The notes under the pieces were generated by a model that worked only from the letters and a program-made list of their open reading frames with translations, was not told where the DNA came from and did not search any database. Made by a program: the position numbers and the translations under genes. Shown piece after piece: positions 27,229 to 37,800 of a stretch of DNA of 64,000 nucleotides. Position 1 is the first letter of the stretch. The number at the start of each line of letters is the position of its first letter. Origin of the DNA: Utricularia gibba (taxonomy: Eukaryota > Plantae > Magnoliophyta); the NCBI GenBank assembly GCA_002189035.1, contig CM007990.1, forward strand, positions 4,154,001 to 4,218,000, in the 5' to 3' direction.

Positions 27229-27607
27229 AGGCAATGAGGGATGGATGCTGCCGATCTTCGAGTTGTTCCTTTTTGTTTTCTTGTGTCTGTTTTTTTGTTT
27301 GCTCTCTATGAATAGTTTGTGAGAACCTTGTTTAATTCTGCTATACGCTTTATTTGAGACCGAAAAATAACATCAGGATAACCAGCATTTTCTGTTTATT
27401 TGATTCTACAGAAACAGGTCTATTCAGTAAGCAGTTATATCCCACAACTGACCCCTACGCGAACCCTCTTTGTACATGTTTACAGAGAGAAATGCTTTGT
27501 GCTTTTGTGGGAAGCCATCCACCTCCCGAGGCTCCCCAGGGCTGTGGGGCACAATGCACAAACACTGCTGCTAACGTTCAAATGCAACAATTATTGCTGG
27601 AGTTGAA

Positions 27608-28668
27608 TCAGAACGAGCTGGTTCGTCGAAGTTGGTACCGGCGTTTTGGGTCAGGGAGCATCTCTTCAAATTCCTGCGAATGTAAGGGAAATGTATCAGT
27701 GAAAATGAGCACTGTCCAGGGAAAAATAAGCTCTTCCATTGCTGCACCATTGGAGAATTTGCTCACAGAAGAGCTCTAGTCAGTATAGGAAACAAAAAAC
27801 ACTGAGCTGATGTATACTCTCCTCAGCTTTTACCTAAGCTTAAGAGCTGGGAAGCTAAAGGTAAACACAAGTGCACAGAACACTGTCTTAAGAGTGAGTT
27901 ACACTTGCCTTTTCCTTCTTGAGCTTCAAGTTTTCTTCTTCAAGACAAGAAACTTTGATCACCAATTCATTGTGGTAAGCCTGTAGGTCCAATGTTTTCC
28001 AAGAGATCAAGAAACCTTGTAAAACTAGTTAAATTCAATGAGATGTATGAAAATCCTGCCTGCTTTCTTGCGCGAGAGCGAGCAGCAGACTCCCTGTTCT
28101 TTATCTTTCGTCTTAGCCTTCTCTCAATACTCTTCTCAAATTGCCAAGATCCCTTCTCCTGGCCTGGAAGAGCCAATGGATCTTTGGATGGTGAAGGCGA
28201 AAACCCTGTTTCAGGTGAGAACTTGTGAGACTTCAGTGCGCTATCCAATGACATCACAGGTTGGATGGATGATGCATTGGTCACACACATCCCCGCTTGA
28301 ACCAAAAAGCCCTCTAAAGTCATTTCTCCAAGAGTTGGCATACTTTCTTGGCTCCAACTCTCCATCTTGCATCCATGCTGAATGTCTTTCCACAGTTCAT
28401 CCACCGTTTTTCCGTTAAATGCTTTAGCAAGAGACCAACTGGCTTGACGCCGGAGAGAGGCTGCAGGGGAAGTGGCGTGACTGTTGGCATCAGGCGAATG
28501 AACTGCCTCCGATGTCCATATATTCTCAAGCAACTCATCCAAACTCATGCTGCCTAGTGACTTCCCCATGTTCCTTAAATGGTTTTCAACTTCACAAAGT
28601 GTAACTCCTAGCCATGAGTCATGCTGTGCAAGCGGCTCTTTATGAGAATTCATTCTCTGAATTCCCAT
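27608..28668 (-). CDS. Group A bZIP (ABI5/AREB-like), 3 coding exons, both introns GC-AG
   Basis: LGSMSLDELL..IW, KTVDELWKDIQ, TLGEMTLE.FL, ERRLRRKIKNRESAARSRARKQ|AYHNEL..KVS.LEEEN..LKKEK|EFEEML...YQLRRTSSF*. Confidence 0.92.
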
Positions 28669-29559
28669 ACAATCCTTCAATACAAACCCCAATCAATGAA
28701 GAATAAACTTGAAAGCGTAAAAAAGCAGCAATAAATACAAAAGAAGGAGACATTCTGAAGCAGAATACCATTTCAAATGCAATTAAGTGATAAAAACTCA
28801 GACTCGAAATCTCAATAGAAAACAGATGAGCTCAAGGAAACTCCCAGAGAATAAAAGCAACCACAAAACAGGTCAGCAATCAACACAGCGCAAATATGCA
28901 AAAGGAAGCAAACACCCATACATAAAGGAAACACTAAAGAATTGATTAAACAAGAGAAAACGGGGATACAGTGATCTGAATTCTGAATCAGACCTCACCA
29001 CCGATAGTGGGAAGAAGAAAACTAACAGCCCATCAGATATCGTGGCATGACCCGACGACCCCACAAGCAAAGTTGAAGCTCCTTTTCAGGCAATGAGCAG
29101 AATCCCCATCTGGGTTCAGTTTCCGCATTTGCTTAGATCGAACCTTTCTTGAAATTTGGCGATGCTGACGTGCCTCAGTCCCCCATGAAATCTTCCCGAC
29201 ATCCAATCAACCCAATCGCATGGGGAGGAGGAGGAAGAATGAGAAGAGCCAAATGGACCTATCAAGCTACCGATTCATCAGCCCAGCCCACAGTTCACAG
29301 CGGCGTGGGTTCGCCCCATTCAACCAACCACCCGCCATTCCTAAAAATTCCCTTTCCTCGGGAATGCTTTAAATGTTGCATTTTTTAAAAACATTTAATT
29401 TATTAAAATTTCAAACGAATTTCTTTTCACAAAACACTATATAACATTTCTTTGGAATACATCATCTAGCTATTATAATAACTAAACATTTTTATATATT
29501 TTCATTGCCCGAGTATCTCGATTCATAGTTCATCAATCTTCGATCGTAAAAATCTTATA

Positions 29560-29796
29560 GGGTGTGCTTGATTGTTTGATACAAAATAGGTATAAACGAG
29601 TTAATAAAAAATACCTTTTTTTGGTATCTTATTAAATATTTAACTAGTTTTTACACTAAAACTCACATAGAACATTTCATAAACCTAATTTGTGTATATT
29701 TTTTAAATCCACTAATTAGATGAGTTTTGAGAATAACCATCTATACCTAAATTATCTAAATTCAATCAACACATTTCCATTCAACCAAACGCCCCC
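29560..29796. mobile_element. Tourist-like (PIF/Harbinger) MITE, 237 bp
   Basis: TIRs GGGTGTGCTTGATTG and GGGGGCGTTTGGTTG (reverse complement), 11/15 match, with a 3-bp ATA duplication on both flanks and an AT-rich interior. Confidence 0.55.
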
Positions 29797-30330
29797 ATAT
29801 AGATTAAGCTACCATATACATGAAACACTTAGTTGACAGCTTTTCTTAGAATATATTTGATAGATGAATTTAACTATTTAAATATTCATGTATTATAAAT
29901 AGCACTTGCCTAATAGATGAGTTTGTTATAATATATGGTGTTTCGCAAAATACTTCAGAACTTTGATGATAGCCATGTTTAGAAAAACTTACCATGTGGA
30001 GATGTAGTAAACAAATGATAATTATTTTTTCCCTATTTACTCTTTTTTTTGTTTTTCTGATTTGTTTTTTCATATATTCAAGTAAAACAATATAGTTGAG
30101 TAGTGTTCCATATTGAGAATAAATAATTAAGATCATGATACTCAAAAAATTTGACCAACATTTTTAGCTCACAAAAAAATTGAATAATATATAAGGAAAA
30201 TTTTAAAAGATGTATTGAAACAAATCTGATTAAAATGTCCTATGGACAAAGTTTTATTCGGAAATCATTGTCAAAGTATATCTAACCTAATCATCTACGA
30301 GATGGTGAGTTATGGGAATTAAAATCAGAT

Positions 30331-30480
30331 ATGAAGAAAATATGAATTATTATAAGAGACGAAATTATTCTTATAATTTTATGAAGAAAATATGAATTAT
30401 TACAAGAGACGAAATTACTCTTATAATCTTATGAAGAAAATATGAGTTATTACAAGTAATGAAACTACTCTAATAATCTC
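30331..30480. repeat. Three tandem 50-bp minisatellite units
   Basis: ATGAAGAAAATATGA(A/G)TTATTA(T/C)AAG... begins at 30331, 30381 and 30431. Confidence 0.93.
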
Positions 30481-31019
30481 ATTGATACTACAATCTAACT
30501 AAACGAATGGCAATATTGGGATGATTATAAAGTAATATTATTTTAAAATATCACCAAGATTTGTGAAAGTGGTACACACATGGAGCCAAATGATATAATT
30601 GACTTTTATTATTACTCATTTTCAATTTTAATTATATAACAAGTACAAAAAATTAAAAATATCATTAATTAAATAATATTCTTTCAAATTGTCACAATCA
30701 CACTTGGGGGTAAAAGTGTCATTAAAACGATTAATGGGTTCCCGATTGTTGAAAAGTATACGGGACTTGAGCTGCGCTAATTTGGGAGCCGGGAGGTAAC
30801 TCGAGAAATAAATTAAAAATTGTATTTTATTTCTGAAAAATTCTAAATGTTGAGAAAAATCTTCAAATAGAATATTAAAATATATGTGCGATTTTCTCGT
30901 TCTTGTTTGTATCTTGAGCTGGAATTAGAAGCACCGAAATCAACACAAACTTTCCAAATTGTTCATTGAATTTGGTCAAGCCCTATTCTCCTCCCTTCTC
31001 CACTACTCCGTTTCTGCAG

Positions 31020-31708
31020 ATGAGGAAGACGAGGAACCGCGATGCAGGAGATGCCGGGAATGTGAAGAAACGCAAAGTTGAATCGGATGATGAGCCAGTG
31101 GCTCACGTCTGCAGGGAGTGTAGTCGAAAATTCAGCTCGGGGAAGGCTTTGGGAGGACACATGAGCCGTGCTCACGTTCAGGTGAATGAAGATCGGCAGA
31201 AACGGCGGAAACCGAGGAATTCTCGGAAGAAAGGAGGATCGGGTGAAGCCGTTTGCGCAACTTGTTTGCGGGTTTTCCGTTCTGATAAATCATTGCACGG
31301 TCATATGAGGTCCCATCCTCGTCATACTCGGAAAGATATGGATCCCAAGCTGACTCTCGCACTCGAAGCTACGCCCGATCCGGAGTTGGAACGGATGACA
31401 ATCGGCTTGGAGATCAAAGGCTTCAGCAGTGTGGATATCAGCGCCGCTATACTGCTAGTTGAAATGAGAATCGGATTCTACTCTACGGACACGGTGCCAA
31501 GAAACCAGGGATCCGATTCGATTGCAGCGCTGAGTACCGGCGATTCTCATTCAGTCGGCGGCGTGAATTTCGCAACCGAAACCCCGTACAGCCACCCGAG
31601 GAGATTCCCCGAGATGTTAGGGCGGATCCTCGATCGATGAAGTTCAGCATCGATCTCAACGTCCAAGCGCCGCCGGCGGATGGTTCCGACGATCCTTGTT
31701 CGGAATAA
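31020..31708 (+). CDS. C1-type C2H2 zinc-finger protein (two fingers) with probable C-terminal EAR (IDLN) motif restored by one frameshift
   Basis: CRECSRKFSSGKALGGHMSRAH and CATCLRVFRSDKSLHGHMRSH, an AAILLVEM L-box-like motif, and an alternative frame open from ~31462 to 31708 ending MKFSIDLNVQAPP...*. Confidence 0.82.
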
Positions 31709-32299
31709 ATGGTCTGAAAAATCTTCATGGTTATGAATTTGATGCAGTTGTCTAGGGTTTGGTCTGCTTAGGGCTTCTATTCTGATTCTAGGGCTTCCTG
31801 GGTATACAGTAGCCTGTCCCCCATCTATTTCTATGCATTTTCATATTAGAATCTATCCCGATCGTCAATGCTTGTTTCCCTTATACTTCCTTGATTCGCC
31901 TTCTGGTTTAGGGTTTACAATGCACTCAAAACATACTCTTCCTAACAAGAACCAGGTGCAAGACCAGTGTGGTTTTTGCAGTTTAGGGTTCGAGCACTGT
32001 TCCGGCGGGTTCCCAGAAAGCTCGACTATGGCGGCGTACGTGCGTAGTGTACTGGAACAACAAAGCAATGGAGGGATCCATAAAGGAGTCCTCAAAATCC
32101 ATCAATTTGTTCAACTCGCTAGAGCAGAATCCGGGTATCAGTCAGTGTTAGGGATCTGGATGCTGTCCTTGGCCCAAAGTAAGGAGACGATGCCTGAGTG
32201 CATCAGGGCAATATCCAGGATGCTGTCCTGGCTCTAAAGGTAGCGTTGCAGGAGAGAAATGTACAGAAGCTGACCTTTGTATCAGTATCAGAATGCCTG

Positions 32300-34960
32300 T
32301 CACTTCGCATTTGTCTCCTTTCCCTGGGGAACCTCATCAACCGGAGGTGTGCTGGAGAGCACGTAAGACAACTCTTCAACACAAGGAAGTAGAGAGTTAC
32401 TGTTTCCCGGGTCGGGAGACTGATTAGGCTCAGTGGCATCTTGAGGACGGATGCTAGCTCCGGGATGCTCAGTTGTCTTACCGAGAACAAGATCGCCTGT
32501 TGTGATTAGATGGCCCTGAGGATGGAGCTCTCCTGATTCTTGTGAATCATTAGACTGAGGATGATGCGAGCTGGTTGCGACCCTCCAGGGTACTTTGATG
32601 CTACCAAAATAAAGGCAATCTGGATGATTTTTCTCTTCATGAGTGTCGGAGTCTTCTCCAGAGTGTGCATTTTGTGAAGGAAACCCATTTGCCATTCCTG
32701 ACCCTTCTCTTCCAATTTCTCCAGAATCATGAGTCCAGTGTGACCAATCAGTGCGTCTTCTTATCCTCTCGCCCTGCAGGAGTATCAAATGACTGAGAGC
32801 TGCATGGTAGCTGCTAAAGCAGAATTTGGATGATGACAACAGTGTATTAATGCAAAAACAATGTGTGCAGATTTTGCAGATTTGGATTGAACAGTGCATA
32901 AATGAAGTGCTCCATTAATTTGTAAAAAGAAATAGCATTATAATGTGGATACGTGTTACATCCTTGAGATGCCGAAAAAAAAGAAGATGAACACAGAACC
33001 AACCTGAATTTCAATCATCTCTGATCCCTGCAAAGCGTACAAAAGATAAGGTATTCCAATTCCCAGTCGCTTAACCTGGAAAGCAATTGTCATTGCAACT
33101 TGGAAGATTAAACTACTGCCAACAAGGAAAAGGAAAAGGAAAAAAAAATTGCATAAGCGAATGAGTAAATTCATTACCATGTCAAGTTCAGCAATGTGCG
33201 ACATTGGAATCCAACCTTCCTCATCTGTATAAGGAAGGATGTAGGCAGGCAGACTCGTACCACTTCACAAAGTGATCAAGTTACAGGATCATTATGATGA
33301 ATTAAATAGCAAAACTGTTCAGTAGGTATAAAATCTGTATTCTCTGAACATTGCATGTAACCAAAATCCTTAGTATTCATGACCTCATACATGGCATAAC
33401 ACTGGTTTTTGATGTCTAACCGGATAAAAATTCCCTAATATCTCATTTAATCCTATGATAAAAATATCAGCGCACATCAGATTTATGGAAAATACATAGT
33501 TGTAGCAAATTATTTGGTCCTTGCATAGGTACTGAGTGCCAGACATCTGCCATCCTTGGCAACTTTTCCTCCAAGTAAAGCGTAGTACAAGGGGAAAAAA
33601 AAGTAAATTTCACCTGAAATAATACTCTACATGCTGTATGATGTTATTGCAAATGTAAGGTACTTCTGATACTGGGACACCTCTGCTCGTATCTAGGAAT
33701 GCATAAGGAGCGTATTGTGCTCCCACATCTGTTCCATGGCGTTTTGATAAATTGTATTCATCCGGAATAACAGAATGACAGACACAAAGGGAAGAAAGTC
33801 AAGGAATTAGAGAAAGTTTGAAGCTACCTCACACCCTCAACAAGAAGTTTCATGTATGCAGAAATCAGTACCTGGGCTCACAACCTTGTGAAAAATTGAG
33901 GAAAGACCACCAAAAGAAGGCTGTACGATATAAGCAAAATCATGAACACCCAATCCATGGTGCACTGCAGGGTCTACAGTCCCAAATGGCACAAAAACTG
34001 TTGCATGATCATTGCCAAAATTCTCTGGTTGCACATCTGCCTCCATGTTAGTACCATGAGTTGGAGCAGGGCAAGGGCCCGGGCTTGGATTCACTGAGTG
34101 AGGGATCTGGGGCTCCTCAACTGAAATAGGGATTGAATTCTTGCTACTATTGGGCCTGCGACTAGATGTTGTAGAGTCGCGCCTTGGTAACTTGTGTTGC
34201 GAAAAAGAAACACCAGGGTCCTCATTTGAAATGGGGGTTGAATTCTTGACTCGATTCACAGAGGAGAGCCTCCAATTAGATCCTATAAATCTGCGGTTCT
34301 GCTCCTCAAAAACAGGCTGTAGCTCAGAGAAGAAGACAAGTAAGTTACACTAGCTTAGACATGCAAAGAACTCATATGTTCCGTAGAAAAGGATTATTGC
34401 CTATAAACTAGTTGAAACAGGACAAAAAATCAACAAGCAAAAGAGGTAGTTGCAGAAGATATGCCAACTACCTGAGGCGCAGTACCGAAATCATCAGCAG
34501 TGCGTACTGAAGATTGAGCGGAAGACGTGACAGGGTCGGAACCCACGCTAGTATCATTCACGGCGCTCGGCGTAGCGGATATCACCGGGAAAGACTCGGG
34601 TACCACCAAACGAGTACTGGAGGTTTTCAACTGCCATTTCCATACTCCTTTGGAGCCCTTCCTTTTACCACTCTTCTCCATCTTCTGTGCAGCAGAAACA
34701 ACAGTGGAAGGCAGGGCATCATCCCTCGTCTCGAATAGAGGAAACACAGACGTATTCGAACTCCATTTCTGCATTCCAGTAGCGATTCTAGAACGCGTGC
34801 TTGTATCACCACTCGCGGCCCTCGAAAGAACCGAGAGAGACTGGGAATCGTCGTCTCGTGGAACCAAAGACGGAAGACCCGAGGTTTTCGACCGCCATTG
34901 CGGCATTACACTAGGTAATCTGTCCCGATCATCCTCGCTTTCACTATTATTCTTCGCCAT
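32300..34960 (-). CDS. Divergent La-related protein (LARP1-like, La motif only, no DM15 seen), ~6 exons
   Basis: Splicing reconstructs IIQHVEYYFS|GTSLPAYILPYTDEEGWIPMSHIAELDM|VKRLGIGIPYLLYALQGSEMIEIQ|GERIRRRTDWSHW. Sequence and intron positions match the plant LARP1 La motif as recalled. Confidence 0.78.
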
Positions 34961-35477
34961 ATTTGCTTACGACGCTAGGTTACTGCTGCATCCGGCATGA
35001 CAATGTGACCGGAATCCTGGTCGCGAGGGCGACGGCGACACCGGCCAAAGTTGGCGTCAACGGACGAGACAGAGAAGCCCAAAAAAGGTGTGGTATGATG
35101 TGGGGTCCATTTCATCCATCCTATTTTCATAATCAGCAGTAAAAAGTATTTTAATTTATAGTATTTTAAAATAATTTATAATTCATATATATTGTTTCAA
35201 AATAGAAAAAATACAAAAATGTTTTTAAAATGTATTTAAATATAAATAATTTAAATATATTATCTAAATATGAAATAATTAATGAATACTTTTTTAGTGA
35301 TTATTTGTCACAAAATACGATGGTCTCAAGAGCGCAGAAGTTGCCGCCACGAAAGAGGATCTTTTTGGGAAGATAAAAATCTCATCTTGTTTTGAAAATG
35401 AATGGAGAGGGTAACGGATATTGGCGATGGGGTGTGCCTGTGGATGATGTCAGAGTGCCAGGTGCGGTAGGTTAGCG

Positions 35478-37503
35478 ATGAGGGACGAGGAAAAGAGCTC
35501 AGAAGAAATGGAGGTGAAGAGCAGCACGAACCTCCAAGTATTTGAAGTTGGGCCATGCGAAAATGGGTATGAAATGGGGTTGTTGATTGGGGAGAGATTT
35601 TCCAAAGAGATAAGAAGCAGGGTTGCCAAGGATCTCATTTTGCAGACTCAGCTTCTTCCATTTGCTCGTTCTCCTCTATCAAGTTCGCTTCTTGAGTCCC
35701 TCTCTGAGAATAATATGAAAAGGTATCCAACTTACTGGGAGGAGCTTGGGGGGCTAGCCACGGGAAGCGGAGTGCCGTTTTTAGAGGTGAAAACTTATGA
35801 ATCTTTCACTACGGCTCATTTTCAGTCAACCCAATTAGATTCAGATAAAATGAACGAGTTTATGAGTATAAACGTGAAGGGTGGTGTTAAAAAAGAACAC
35901 TGGAAAGATGATAGGTTGTGCTAAGGTACCGTTGTTCTGAATGGGATCAATCTACGTGCTAAGGTTGCGCGCTGGCTCTTCTGTTGGACTAGTGTTCATG
36001 GTGAATTATTTCTTCTGGTGGTCTTTTAGTATGATTGATATTTGAGAAATCTGGCAATGGAGATCAAAGCCAGTTTCTTTTTCGTCATCCCTGTTTGTAA
36101 GTTGCTGCTTATGTTTTGTAGATTCTGCTGCTCAATTTTAGGAAAGAGATACTCCCATTCATTCCCACGGCCAAGGAGATTTCAATGGATGAATCAAATG
36201 AGGATTGTTCGGATGTCCTCGTTGTAGGTGACTCTCTGGCGTTTGCAGCCCATAATGAGGATGCCAATGTTGCCATTGTAGGCCATACGTGAGTCTTCAG
36301 TTTGACCTGCATTTCATTTGTTAGAAATAGGGAGAGCTTTCTGTCTCGTCCCCAGAATGCTTCGACTCATCTTTTGATACCTTGGTCTTAAAACTGATAT
36401 AGAAAAGCGCCCATGTTCGTTTTAAATCTTTCACAAAAGCATTGTCACCCTCTTGCTAGTTATAGCTTCTGATTTATGGCTAATGCAGCTTCATTATAAA
36501 GGGATATCAACCAAATGGACCATCCTTCACGGCTTACACATATGCAGGGGAACTCCCTACTTGCGCATTCGGATTCAACAGCCATGGAATGGTATAATGA
36601 TTGATGATTGTGTGATAGGTAGTTCGTGTTTGGAAGAGATTCATTTCAATCCCCGGTGGTGGATTTAGTGAAACACCATAACTAAGAGCTGACGCCAAAT
36701 CATTTCCAAACACAGTCTAATTTATCTCTCCATTGAAGGGGTGATCCATTTTCTGCAGGCGTTCACGTTGAATTCTGTTCCACCTTTTAAGCATGAAATC
36801 GAAGCTGGGGCTATAGGAAGGAACTTCATTTCTCGAAGCTTGCTTGAAGCAGTTAGTATGGATGATGCCTTATCGGTAAAACTCGATATCTTTGTTTCTT
36901 GTAAAAAGCTGTTCATTTCGTCTAATTGAAAGTGTGTTGCTGTTTCTTCAGAGGATTTGTTCAGCAGAAGTTTCTGTAGGCCATAGCTACAATCTAATCG
37001 ACACAAAAACAAGGAGGATATTGAATGTGGAAACTGCATCAAGAGGTCGTTTTTCGGTTGTTGAAGTAGGATCAGTGCCGTTTTTTCATGCCAATGCATA
37101 TCTTCATCTCAATGTTCAGCAGGTTGGTTCAGTCCCCATGCCATGTTTACCTCCGGAGCCAGTGTGATTCTTCAACTCTAACTCCCGTTCTCTTCTCCAG
37201 GAGCATGATGAGCATTCACTGAGCACACAGAAACGTGCAGCTGAGCTGCCAAAGAGATCAAGAAGCGAGCTTCTTGCAGTACTTGGTGACAAGAGCAATG
37301 CAAGATATCCAATTTACAGAACAGGTCTGTTCCATCTTGTCTAAGTATATCAACGTAGAGTGATCTCATCATTTGGTTGGTTTTTAGGTCCATTGATCTA
37401 CACCCTCTGCACTGCTCTGATAGACTTGGATAACAAAACTCTCGCCATCTTCGATGGGGAGCGGCTCGAAGGAGAAGGATCACTAGTTTTCTCATTAGCA
37501 TGA
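35478..37503 (+). CDS. Peptidase C45 / acyl-CoA:6-aminopenicillanic acid acyltransferase (AAT) family Ntn-hydrolase, 7 exons
   Basis: YWEEL.GLA.GSGV, ILLLNFRKE, EDCSD (Cys nucleophile), AHNEDAN, GFNSHG and FHANAYLH. All exons in frame. Confidence 0.88.
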
Positions 37504-37800
37504 TAGGATCATTGGAATTCATGAGCTGCTGAACTGGAAGCATCCCATTTCAAAACAATGATGTGAGTAGAATCTTATGTATGTATATGTGATTTCTAAA
37601 TTGTTTTTGTGTGATCCTTTACAAAAGCATGGGAAAGGCAGTACAAGTCTTGCCAATGTACACAAAGTCAGTAAAAATAACCACCCTTATCCCCAGTGTA
37701 AGTGAATACAAGTAGAAGAGATGTGACAGGGTAGAAAAAATCGGGTATCTGTGATATTTACCTCCATAAAGAAAGATTATGTATGATGGATCAGTTCCGA

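Noticed and set aside
30331-30480. Regular 50-bp repeats considered as a CRISPR-like array
   Set aside because: Head-to-tail minisatellite without unique spacers, in a plant nuclear context with no cas genes.
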